Source of the DNA: Escherichia phage A4
Sequence record: ON286972
Direction: 5' to 3' (one strand)
Length of the DNA: 64,000 nucleotides
Shown: one piece after another, positions 8,953 through 18,049 of the stretch
Layout of the letters: the number at the start of each line of letters is the position of its first letter
How positions within the stretch are numbered: position 1 is the stretch's first letter
The notes under the pieces: generated by a model
What the model saw: the letters and a program-made list of their open reading frames with translations, nothing else
What the model was told of the DNA's origin: nothing
Database searches by the model: none
Position numbers and translations under genes: made by a program

Positions 8953-11124
8953 TTATGGAAGTGTAATGTATGTAATTGGGGATTCGGCTAACAATGGAGT
9001 CCCATCAGGGAAAGCAGTTTTTATTTCGTCTGCTATATCAATGCAAAATACCGAGTTGACCACGTATGTAGCTCGTGTTATATGAGTGTGGAGATCAGTC
9101 CCATTTTCACCAGCACCAGGAATTACAATTCTTGTACCTGCTGCTTTAGCATATTGGTTTGTACCCCATGCAGTGTTATGTGTTCGAATAGTTTTAGCAC
9201 CAACTACTGCTGCTTTAAGCTGTTCATATTTTCCTACGAATGCACCAGCTACTGTTACTACATATTTACCCCCAGATTGTTTGTGTAAAATTGTTCCTTT
9301 GGGGAAATATCTACCACCTGGGAATTCATCATAAGGTAGATAATATTGCTCCGTGACTGGTATCAGTACTGGGCCACGGTGACCAGTTCCATCTATTTCA
9401 GTTGTTACCGTGAAGTTATTACCAGATTGATCTATTCTATCAACATACATTCGTGAGAATGAATAATTTGATATATTAGCGTCATCTTGAACTATATTAC
9501 CAATCCAACTGGTATATGTATAATTAGTTCTGGTATAAACGCCACCACCTTCACCATCTTGATATTGACCAATTACATCTAAATTCTTTGTATAAATTTT
9601 ACTGAATTTTGATGATGATGGTAATCCACGCCAATATAATTTTTCACAAGTTATATTGTGCATATCAGTTTCGTTAGTCCATGCGTTTGCACCGGATGTG
9701 TATATTTCTATACTAGATTCAGGAATGAAAACGTTTTGAACTTTAAAATCTTTTGGTGGACCTGCATACCATGCATATTGGTGTGTTGCATCAGCAGGGT
9801 TAACACCCCATGTAAATTTAATCATTCTGTTTGTTGGTGCAGTTGCTGGATCATCCAAATAGCGACCAGTTAATCCGTCAACAACAAAATCTTGACATCC
9901 ATAAGTGATGATACCTGCGGCAGTTAAGCCAGTTCCAGTTGATATTGTGGTTGATGGAAATGTCTCATTATCTATTATATTAAAATTCTTACCGACTTCA
10001 ACGTGTATACATTGACGACAGTTATATACTCTATTTCGAGCAATAGTGAAGTTTTTAACATATTGACTATCTGGAATATCAACTCCATATGGACCTTTAC
10101 CAGCAACACCGATACCGATACCCCAGTTTGATAGTGGGATTGGAGCGTTAGTACCATCAACGTTTTCAATATGGTTTCCTTCAATGATTAGACCATCAGT
10201 GAAGTGTCTTGAAACTACGTTTAATTCAATACCATCACCATAGATATCGTGAATATGGTTATATGCATAGCGAGCATATTTTACTATCTCACCACTACCA
10301 CCTTGCTGTAGAACACCAAAGTTAACATCGTACATTTCATTGAAACAAAAGTCGAGAATACCTTCTGAAGTTAAATCACGCATAAAGAATGCACAGGTGA
10401 ATGTTGTACCATAAAAGCGGTTGAAATAGAACTTACCATTACCACCAGAAAACTGAATATAACTACGAGCAATGTTTGCCCCTTGTATTTTACAGTTGGT
10501 TGCTGATATCATTGTTTTACCAGTGCCAGTTAATGTGCCACCATACCATTCAATATTTTCAAAATATATTGCTTTGGATAAACGATAAACACCTTTACCT
10601 TGTATTTGGATATCATGAGCTTTAGCGTAATCAGCACAAGCTTGAACTGCGTCAGTATCATCAGCAATACCATCACCGATAGCACCAAATTCTTCAGGTG
10701 TTATATAATACAAAGCTTGTTGTAGTGTTCCACCAGAAACCAAACCAATATAATCAGAACCATTAGTACTGGATAATACTTTAGTATTAACATACATTGA
10801 TTTTATCCATGCACCATTCTTCTTAGCGAAAATATCTAGGATACCACCACTTTCTTGGTCTAATTGCAAATAAGTATAATTATTCTTACCAAGACTATTA
10901 TCTGGGATTTCATTCCCAAATAATACGGTTGGGTGGTCAGCGAGATACTTTGCAGTAATCGCTGAATTATCATTAATCGGTTCACCAACTTGTACGGGCA
11001 ATAAGATGCTTCCGAAACTATCTGTAATAGACAGGGAATTGTTAGCATAATTAATTAATGCCCCATTTTTACCAAGTATAAACTTGGTTTTCATTGTCCC
11101 TTCAAAGTTAGAAAAAACTGCCAT
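8953..11124 (-). CDS. tailspike protein with probable parallel beta-helix (putative depolymerase)
   Basis: 723-aa ORF; shared N-terminal anchor MAVFSNFEGTMKTKFILGKNGA; central region has periodic hydrophobic/Asn/Gly turns (IIEGNHIENV..., FTIARNRVYNC...) typical of pectate-lyase-fold tailspikes. Confidence 0.5.
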   Translation of the reverse strand: MAVFSNFEGTMKTKFILGKNGALINYANNSLSITDSFGSILLPVQVGEPINDNSAITAKYLADHPTVLFGNEIPDNSLGKNNYTYLQLDQESGGILDIFAKKNGAWIKSMYVNTKVLSSTNGSDYIGLVSGGTLQQALYYITPEEFGAIGDGIADDTDAVQACADYAKAHDIQIQGKGVYRLSKAIYFENIEWYGGTLTGTGKTMISATNCKIQGANIARSYIQFSGGNGKFYFNRFYGTTFTCAFFMRDLTSEGILDFCFNEMYDVNFGVLQQGGSGEIVKYARYAYNHIHDIYGDGIELNVVSRHFTDGLIIEGNHIENVDGTNAPIPLSNWGIGIGVAGKGPYGVDIPDSQYVKNFTIARNRVYNCRQCIHVEVGKNFNIIDNETFPSTTISTGTGLTAAGIITYGCQDFVVDGLTGRYLDDPATAPTNRMIKFTWGVNPADATHQYAWYAGPPKDFKVQNVFIPESSIEIYTSGANAWTNETDMHNITCEKLYWRGLPSSSKFSKIYTKNLDVIGQYQDGEGGGVYTRTNYTYTSWIGNIVQDDANISNYSFSRMYVDRIDQSGNNFTVTTEIDGTGHRGPVLIPVTEQYYLPYDEFPGGRYFPKGTILHKQSGGKYVVTVAGAFVGKYEQLKAAVVGAKTIRTHNTAWGTNQYAKAAGTRIVIPGAGENGTDLHTHITRATYVVNSVFCIDIADEIKTAFPDGTPLLAESPITYITLP

Positions 11125-11137
11125 TAATCAATCCCCC

Positions 11138-12265
11138 TTAGATGTTGTTTTCAATTGGTTGGATTGGTGCTTGCCATGCTAGAGTACAAATTACTTTCAT
11201 TTGACCATAATTACTGTTATTAACTGATTCATTAAAAACACAAGCAATGATTTCATCTTCTGCTGACGGTTCATGGTTTGTTTCATTAACGATAAAGCGT
11301 AGTGCACGGTTGATATCAAAATAATCAACTGGTGCAATAATAGTACCACCGATATCTTCTTGTGCTTCCCCACCTACACGAATGTGCATTTCAGTTACAG
11401 GGTCAATATAAGCTTGGGTGATATCAACTTCAATATTAGTTACTACATAACCTGCTGGGCATGTACCGATTACCAATACTGCGTTGGTCCATGAATGATC
11501 AATCGTGTTTACAACGATAATTGAATCTTTACCATTCTGACCCGGATCACCTTGCTTACCTTCTGGACCAGGTTCACCATCTTTACCACGGAACTCAATA
11601 CCTTCACTCCATTCTTTTGTTGGAGGGGTGGTTTGATTATTAATATCTACGTAATATAGTTTTCCATCAGTCGTGTTATAGAAGCAATAATCTTCTGGTA
11701 AGTTATCAATACTTGGGAAAGCAGGACCGTCACTGTCAATATGGAAACGACCACGTGGACCTTGTTCACCACGGAAATCAATACCATTACTCCATGAACC
11801 AGCTTTTTGATTATAAAAATACACTTTACCATCGGAAGTATTATAGAAAGTATATTGGTCAAATAGACCAGTGGTTGGGAAAACAGGACCAGAAGAATCA
11901 ATTTTAAATGATTTACCTGGTGCACCAGTATCACCTTTACCAAATTCTACTGTGTTCCAAGTACTTGGTTCTACACCAGCATCATTTGTTTTAAAATATA
12001 GTTTTGCAGTTCCATTTGCTAGACTTAAATAACACCAACCTTCTGGTTTATCAACTGCAAATGTACCGTCTGGTATTTCCATACCAACATCATCAGGATA
12101 GAAATTTTTACCATTAGTACCGTCATGTCCAACGACTAGACCCAAATCTTGTATTGTATTATCAGCGAATGTTACAATCAAATGTCCAGCAGAGTTAATT
12201 ACTAAACTCTTAATACCAGAATTGTTACATGAACCGCCAGACCCATTGTTGAATGAAATTGTCAT
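11138..12265 (-). CDS. tail fibre protein with collagen-like Gly-X-Y repeats
   Basis: 375-aa ORF with GDTGAPGKS, GEQGPRGRF and GKDGEPGPEGKQGDPGQNGKD triplet runs, each followed by an FxIDSxGPxFP...FYNTxDGK unit, repeated three times. Confidence 0.55.
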   Translation of the reverse strand: MTISFNNGSGGSCNNSGIKSLVINSAGHLIVTFADNTIQDLGLVVGHDGTNGKNFYPDDVGMEIPDGTFAVDKPEGWCYLSLANGTAKLYFKTNDAGVEPSTWNTVEFGKGDTGAPGKSFKIDSSGPVFPTTGLFDQYTFYNTSDGKVYFYNQKAGSWSNGIDFRGEQGPRGRFHIDSDGPAFPSIDNLPEDYCFYNTTDGKLYYVDINNQTTPPTKEWSEGIEFRGKDGEPGPEGKQGDPGQNGKDSIIVVNTIDHSWTNAVLVIGTCPAGYVVTNIEVDITQAYIDPVTEMHIRVGGEAQEDIGGTIIAPVDYFDINRALRFIVNETNHEPSAEDEIIACVFNESVNNSNYGQMKVICTLAWQAPIQPIENNI

Positions 12266-12291
12266 AATTATTCCCTTTATGAATTGTTATC

Positions 12292-12307
12292 ATATAGGAA
12301 TATTTAT
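12292..12307 (-). promoter_or_regulatory. late-promoter-like motif
   Basis: Minus-strand ATAAATATTCCTATAT upstream of the collagen-like fibre gene; identical 16-mer at 48038-48053. Confidence 0.45.
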
Positions 12308-12334
12308 CTGTTCAATGCAGCAACGAAGACCAAT

Positions 12335-12344
12335 AATAAATAAA
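12335..12344 (+). promoter_or_regulatory. late-promoter-like motif
   Basis: ATAAATAAAT ~30 nt before ATG 12375. Confidence 0.35.
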
Positions 12345-12374
12345 TGAAAGTTCACTACACAAAAGGGCTTAACA

Positions 12375-12872
12375 ATGGCTTTAAGATCAAAGAATTTTCT
12401 TTTCAAACGCAAAGGAAAAGATGGAGCTATTCAGGATTTTCCAGATTCTGATAGTTGGTATCCATCAAATGACGATTATCACTGGAACGAAGTGACATTA
12501 CCAATGGCAAGCGGTGGCTACTATGGTAGTACAACTGGTCTACATACAATTTCCTTCACATTACGTGAATTTATTGGAAGAATTTATGTGTTAGCAACAT
12601 TAGCTAGTAACCCAACTGATGATGATTGGTTCCCGATTAAATTTACCGAATCATGTAATTATTATCTGGAATTTACTGATACCAGAATTTACAACCCAAA
12701 TAATGGCGATAGTATGCTTGAGCATGGTACAACTGGCACATTTGCAGAAACACTAACTGGTAATTTTACATATTTGAAAGTTGGTATCGACCGTAATTAC
12801 ATTAGTCAGAATCCAACTGATATTCAAAAGAGTATGGCTGGAAAAATTGAAGAAATTTTAATAAACTTTTAA
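12375..12872 (+). CDS. hypothetical protein
   Basis: 165-aa ORF, first of three co-oriented genes; AAAGGG Shine-Dalgarno and ATAAATAAAT motif upstream. Confidence 0.3.
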   Translation: MALRSKNFLFKRKGKDGAIQDFPDSDSWYPSNDDYHWNEVTLPMASGGYYGSTTGLHTISFTLREFIGRIYVLATLASNPTDDDWFPIKFTESCNYYLEFTDTRIYNPNNGDSMLEHGTTGTFAETLTGNFTYLKVGIDRNYISQNPTDIQKSMAGKIEEILINF

Positions 12873-12875
12873 GGA

Positions 12876-13490
12876 TTGGAAATGAAATTAGAAACAGAAC
12901 AACCAAAACTGTTCGTTAAGGGTCATGTACTAATTACTGACGTTACTGATCCTGCGAATGAAAAAATTGTACTCGATAAATCGAACGCAATTCACCCAGA
13001 AAACATGAGTACTGCAATCGCTAACGCACTAGCATATAACCAAGATAGTTCTGGTATCCCAGTTGGTTCAATATCAGAAATGCGTTTTGGTAACGGTGGT
13101 ACTGTAGTATTGAGTACTGGGCGTGTAACATACAAAAAACCACGTGTAACTTCATTTGGTGGTCTATATTCACAAACATATTTGAAGAAAATAAACCCAC
13201 GAATCTCAAGTAGTATTGATTCACAATATAATAACATCACAACTGTTCATATTCCAGGTCAAGCATACACCGATATCGTTTGTATTTGTACTTTGGGACT
13301 AGGTGAACCAGTAGACCAGAATACAAGTTCAAGTACTAACATGGACGGTACTTACGTATTTGATGAATTGGGTTTATATACTGATGGTGATAATGGTATG
13401 CCGTTATCTCATATTATTTTCCACCCAGTAGAGAAAAGTGCGAACCGTGTTTTACAAATAAAATATACTGTTCGTGTACAACTACAGTAA
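12876..13490 (+). CDS. hypothetical protein
   Basis: 204-aa ORF tightly packed after the previous gene. Confidence 0.3.
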   Translation: MEMKLETEQPKLFVKGHVLITDVTDPANEKIVLDKSNAIHPENMSTAIANALAYNQDSSGIPVGSISEMRFGNGGTVVLSTGRVTYKKPRVTSFGGLYSQTYLKKINPRISSSIDSQYNNITTVHIPGQAYTDIVCICTLGLGEPVDQNTSSSTNMDGTYVFDELGLYTDGDNGMPLSHIIFHPVEKSANRVLQIKYTVRVQLQ

Positions 13491-13500
13491 GGAGTGGTAA

Positions 13501-14598
13501 ATGAATAATTATACTATATATCGCAGTGATGGAAGCGTTTATGCTTCCATTCCAAACAACGTTATCCTTGGTCCTAACCAACCAGGTACTAACCCAGTTC
13601 CTATTAACTTAGTTGGGCGTAATAAGGTTGGTTATGGTCAAGCATGGAACGAAAACTTTCTACACTTAGTTGAGCATTTTAGTGGTCCATCTGCACCACG
13701 TGGTAGTGTTAAAGGACAAATTTGGTATAAAAACACTGGTAACATTGGTGAACTACTTATTTCTCTAGTAGATAACGCTCGTCAACCAATAGACACTGCT
13801 TCTGAAGCAGATTGGGCATCAATCCCAATGATCACAATTTTCAACACCATCCCAGATGGCGAAAGTAGTGTTATGGGTCGTATGGTTTTGACAAATAACG
13901 GTGATTCACTCCGTGTTTTGATGAAAAACAAAGAATGGCGTGAAATTCAAACATCTCGTCCTGAAAACAAAGAATATTCATCACTATTGGATATAAACTA
14001 TGATTTAGGTAAAAAATATATTGAATTTACCCAAACTGAAAGTACTAAGACACTTGCATATTTCAACTTAGGTGGTGGTTCTAAGGTAGATCCAGACAAC
14101 TGGACATCATTTAGTAATGGTAATGGTGTTTTCCAATTCGGAAGTAACTATTTCTATGATTTGAAGATTATGATTCGTGAAGTACAGGATAGTACTGGTG
14201 AAGTTGTTTCTTTACCATTCAACTCCAAGACATTTATCATTAAAGGTCAATTCTATATTGACAATGAAGGTGCTTTTGTGCCAGGTTCTATACCATGTAG
14301 TGAGATTCCAGACCCACGTCGAATTACAAGTCTGGAAGTTATTAAAGATGTTATTACCAGTTCACAACCAACTTGGGATGTTAATATGGTAGTTAATGGT
14401 GTGGACCCAACAATTCCAAATCCAGGTGGAATGACGAAGACTGATTATGAAGCATGGGTTATCAACTCACTCAATACTAATAAACATTTAGGTTTCCGTG
14501 TTGATGGTTCAATTTCCGGTTTAGGAACTGGTCAAAGTGTTAAGCTTCAGGCTTCAGTACTGCTTAATATAACTGGTATTCCTATTATTGGTGTGTAA
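13501..14598 (+). CDS. hypothetical protein (possibly structural)
   Basis: 365-aa ORF with GGAG Shine-Dalgarno; followed by a strong bidirectional terminator. Confidence 0.3.
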   Translation: MNNYTIYRSDGSVYASIPNNVILGPNQPGTNPVPINLVGRNKVGYGQAWNENFLHLVEHFSGPSAPRGSVKGQIWYKNTGNIGELLISLVDNARQPIDTASEADWASIPMITIFNTIPDGESSVMGRMVLTNNGDSLRVLMKNKEWREIQTSRPENKEYSSLLDINYDLGKKYIEFTQTESTKTLAYFNLGGGSKVDPDNWTSFSNGNGVFQFGSNYFYDLKIMIREVQDSTGEVVSLPFNSKTFIIKGQFYIDNEGAFVPGSIPCSEIPDPRRITSLEVIKDVITSSQPTWDVNMVVNGVDPTIPNPGGMTKTDYEAWVINSLNTNKHLGFRVDGSISGLGTGQSVKLQASVLLNITGIPIIGV

Positions 14599-14600
14599 TA

Positions 14601-14633
14601 CAAAAGAAAAGGAGCCATTGGCTCCTTTTTTTA
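14601..14633. terminator. bidirectional rho-independent terminator
   Basis: aaaagaaaaGGAGCCattGGCTCCttttttt at a convergent junction; T-runs on both strands. Confidence 0.7.
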
Positions 14634-15095
14634 ATATCTATATGGTAGACTATTGACAAATTGTGTACCAGCGTTTATACTTTCCCATAAAGAATAAAAA
14701 TCTTTCATCAAATTGACATTTAATAATGTATTTTTAGCTCCAGGGTGAAGAGGTTTAGGCCATGAGCCAATTTTAACCCAAGCATATCCAGAGCTTTCCT
14801 TATTGAGAATAGGAACAAACTCATTTTCAACAACAACAACGAAAGAATAATATTTGAACTTACCATTCTTAGTACAAAATACATCAAAGGGTATAATATC
14901 AATTATATCAGGTAACGAATCTCCCAATTCTTCTCGTATTTCACGATGCAAAGCTTGCAAAGGGGATTCGTTGTATTCGAGTTTTCCACCAACAAAAGCC
15001 CAGTTGTTTGAATAGGTACTGCTTTCAGATCTAAGATTGAGCATCATATGACCAGTACTTTTAGATAAAAATATTGCTCCTACTGCCTCATTCAT
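14631..15095 (-). CDS. Nudix hydrolase
   Basis: Complete Nudix box GKLEYNESPLQALHREIREELGD (GX5EX7REUXEEXGU). Confidence 0.8.
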   Translation of the reverse strand: MNEAVGAIFLSKSTGHMMLNLRSESSTYSNNWAFVGGKLEYNESPLQALHREIREELGDSLPDIIDIIPFDVFCTKNGKFKYYSFVVVVENEFVPILNKESSGYAWVKIGSWPKPLHPGAKNTLLNVNLMKDFYSLWESINAGTQFVNSLPYRY

Positions 15096-15104
15096 ACATC
15101 CTCC

Positions 15105-16448
15105 TTATTTGTCAGTGAATGATATCTTCCAATATCCCTGACGGTATTGCGACATAATACTCTTATGCCATTTGAATTTTTCATTGTATCTATAATAGTG
15201 ACTGTCTTGACGATTGTAAACATAATTAAGTACTGAAGACGGTTCAATTAGTTCAGCACCTTCATTTGTTATTTTGAACAAATAATTTGGTGGAATAACT
15301 GTGTCTTTGTAAATTAAATCTCTTGCACTATTATTTACATAATATTGTTCAGGTATAGCTGAATACAATTCTGCATCTTTGGATATCAACGCTATGATAG
15401 AGTAATCGACAACATAATTACTACTATCCAATTGAACAACAATCTTGTTTGCCTTATCTTCGTGTCCCATTGATATTATAGTTCCACGCAAAGGATTACT
15501 TTCTTCGATTGCTTGTTGGAATTTAATACCGAGTTTCTTATCTTTGTATTCAGGCTCTAAGTACTGAATATATTTCTCCCAAGAATATATACCACCGTTG
15601 GATGTTCTCTCACTCATACTTTGACTTACCAATGTAAGGACATAAGTATCTGCGTTTTTATCCGATGCTTCTGTTATTTCTTCAACTTTGATGCATAAAT
15701 TTTTAGGAGTGAATACATCAGTAATTATATCCTGATAGTTTCCTATTTCAAAATCCAATTCATCACGACCACTTTCTATATTAGTTGTTATCTGTTGTAT
15801 AAGCTTTGGCTTTTCAACGATAGCAGGTAATGATAACCATATAGTTGTTTCAAATGTAAGAACCATAATATCAAGTTCAGTATCAGTTCCTTGTGGAAAT
15901 CCACGAGTACTGAATTGACAGTCAATTAATTCCACATCACTTTGTGCCGTCCAGTCTAATGGGTTATCAGATAGTTGCAATTGAACACTTGGAGCAAACA
16001 ATGTACTGATTTGCTCATATAATTCCATTTTTGTTTGCAGTTGTGTAACCCATATGTTTAAATCAAATGTAAATGTCCAAGGTACAGGGTTATGTCTTGT
16101 TATTTTATACTGCTTATCCAACTCAGGAGTGAATTCATTTGGTGCAGGGGACTTATTTGTCCCCATAATAATAGTTTCGTTCGCATTTGAACGAATACTT
16201 TTACGATCCAATTTCAATTGATTCACACTAATAGTCATGATCGGTGCAGTAGGCATTACGTTCTCACTGTTACCATTGATAACAGCAGCAGCCAAACGTG
16301 AAATATCTGCATATCTACATGGAACTTGCTTGTATCTTGGTTTACCTTCGTCATCAACTCCATTTTGTACTTGAAACCCACCAAAAATCCTGATAAGATG
16401 TTTCAGTACTCGACGAAATTGACCATCATAGTAGTATTCTACTTTCAT
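15105..16448 (-). CDS. hypothetical protein
   Basis: 447-aa ORF; start overlaps the stop of the upstream gene (ATGA), suggesting translational coupling. Confidence 0.35.
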   Translation of the reverse strand: MKVEYYYDGQFRRVLKHLIRIFGGFQVQNGVDDEGKPRYKQVPCRYADISRLAAAVINGNSENVMPTAPIMTISVNQLKLDRKSIRSNANETIIMGTNKSPAPNEFTPELDKQYKITRHNPVPWTFTFDLNIWVTQLQTKMELYEQISTLFAPSVQLQLSDNPLDWTAQSDVELIDCQFSTRGFPQGTDTELDIMVLTFETTIWLSLPAIVEKPKLIQQITTNIESGRDELDFEIGNYQDIITDVFTPKNLCIKVEEITEASDKNADTYVLTLVSQSMSERTSNGGIYSWEKYIQYLEPEYKDKKLGIKFQQAIEESNPLRGTIISMGHEDKANKIVVQLDSSNYVVDYSIIALISKDAELYSAIPEQYYVNNSARDLIYKDTVIPPNYLFKITNEGAELIEPSSVLNYVYNRQDSHYYRYNEKFKWHKSIMSQYRQGYWKISFTDK

Positions 16449-17953
16449 TCTTTATCCCCTTTTGCACGGTATAGAGTGTTTGGTTTTGCCGCGTCGTGTA
16501 ATGGGACACGATTAGGACTGTTAACGAACTCGGTTAGGGCTAAATCTGCACCTTCCCACGGTTTACGTCCACCATAATCAAAGATTACCCAAGATTTTTT
16601 AACTTCACTGTATTCCCAAAGAGTTACAGGGTTGTAATCCGTGCGATAGAAGTATTCACCATCAGTAGGATCAGATGGGAACGTGTCCCCTTCTTGCACA
16701 GTGCCGCGAGCAGGTGGAATTTTAGGTCTTGAATCTTGTTGCGAGTCTATGTTACCATACACACTGTTAGAACTGAAAGGTAAGTTAACATGTGTATCTG
16801 GTGGAACTTGCCATGTACCATCTAAGTACTGGTACATTGTTGGTTTTTCATATTGAATGTAAAAATCCTCAGCATTTTTAGGTGGAACGTCACCAGTTGA
16901 GTATTCAACGTCACAATTGAGCCACTTTTTGAGAGATTTGTCATATTGATACAGGGAATATCCAGTAACATCTGAATCATTCTCTTTATAGAAGAAATCA
17001 CCATCAGATGGTTTACGTGGAAACGTTGTTCCATACGGTACTGAAACATTTTCCCATGAATTGTTGACTTTCTCTTTCAGTACTGGTAAAGTTTTCTTCA
17101 AGAAGTACATTTTGTTAGCTGGTTCTTCTGGGAAGTCATATCCATTAAGAACAAACTTTGACAAATCGGTTGTATCTGGTCTATCATCGTATATATGTTC
17201 ATTTGTGAAGTGGATATAAGGGACTTCATCATCAGCTTGCATTATAATACGGTTCATGATATCCATTTCGTTATCATAACTGCTGTTTGGTGAAGAACCA
17301 TTGGAACCACTGTTACCATTACCATTATTTGGGTCATCTGGGTTGTCTGGATAATCATTATTAGTAAGTAAGTCCGCGTACTCAGGTGAATCGGTAATAG
17401 GTTTGACACGAATTTTGTAAATGTGATGTTGCCATGTTGCAGAGTAACCTTCAGATGTTCTAAAGCCGTCCTGAACTACGTAAAAACGGTTTAAACCTGA
17501 ATCTTTACCAACAACATCGAAATCACGAAGGTTTGGAAGTTCAATTACATCACCAGGCATAATTTTTCTTCCCAATCGCTGCATCATTGTGTTATAATGA
17601 ACTGTAATGTCCATTGTGTTGAAGTTAAAGAACAACCCAGGAATTTTTAAATCAGGTGTTGCTTCTTGGACTTGATAAACACAACTAAGTGTGATAGCCT
17701 CTAGATTGTAACTACGATTTGAGGTTTCACCAAAAATTAGGTCACCAATACTTGACGCAGCGGAACCATCAGTGATATAATCACCACCGTAAGAATAGTC
17801 GTTAGGAGTTGTTGATGGTTTAGCACCGACAAAGGCATAAAGCCACATGTCTACGCCACCAATATTGTATTGTTCAGCAATGGCAGAATCTATGAATTTA
17901 TAATCATTGGTTCTACCTTTTTTCCACATTCTGTATGCCATTTTGTTCTCCAA
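16445..17953 (-). CDS. hypothetical protein with internal repeats and Asn/Gly-rich linker
   Basis: 502-aa ORF; repeated FPxxPSDGDFFY...W units and an NNDYPDNPDDPNNGNGNSGSNGSS low-complexity segment; GGAG Shine-Dalgarno. Confidence 0.35.
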   Translation of the reverse strand: MENKMAYRMWKKGRTNDYKFIDSAIAEQYNIGGVDMWLYAFVGAKPSTTPNDYSYGGDYITDGSAASSIGDLIFGETSNRSYNLEAITLSCVYQVQEATPDLKIPGLFFNFNTMDITVHYNTMMQRLGRKIMPGDVIELPNLRDFDVVGKDSGLNRFYVVQDGFRTSEGYSATWQHHIYKIRVKPITDSPEYADLLTNNDYPDNPDDPNNGNGNSGSNGSSPNSSYDNEMDIMNRIIMQADDEVPYIHFTNEHIYDDRPDTTDLSKFVLNGYDFPEEPANKMYFLKKTLPVLKEKVNNSWENVSVPYGTTFPRKPSDGDFFYKENDSDVTGYSLYQYDKSLKKWLNCDVEYSTGDVPPKNAEDFYIQYEKPTMYQYLDGTWQVPPDTHVNLPFSSNSVYGNIDSQQDSRPKIPPARGTVQEGDTFPSDPTDGEYFYRTDYNPVTLWEYSEVKKSWVIFDYGGRKPWEGADLALTEFVNSPNRVPLHDAAKPNTLYRAKGDKE

Positions 17954-17982
17954 AATAAATCGGTATATCTGTATTTACTAGG

Positions 17983-18010
17983 TAGACAAACTGAAAGAAT
18001 GTGATATAAT
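17983..18010 (+). promoter_or_regulatory. sigma70-like early promoter upstream of clpA
   Basis: TAGACA-N16-TGaTATAAT (extended -10), ~40 nt before the clpA AGGAG/ATG. Confidence 0.5.
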
Positions 18011-18049
18011 GATTTTAATGACAGTGAGAAGAATCACATAGGAGAGAAC

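Noticed and set aside
15105-17953. Tail sheath and tube (gp18/gp19) for the 447-aa and 502-aa ORFs
   Set aside because: Sizes and sequences do not resemble T4 gp18 (659 aa) or gp19 (163 aa); sheath, tube and terminase are probably outside this window.
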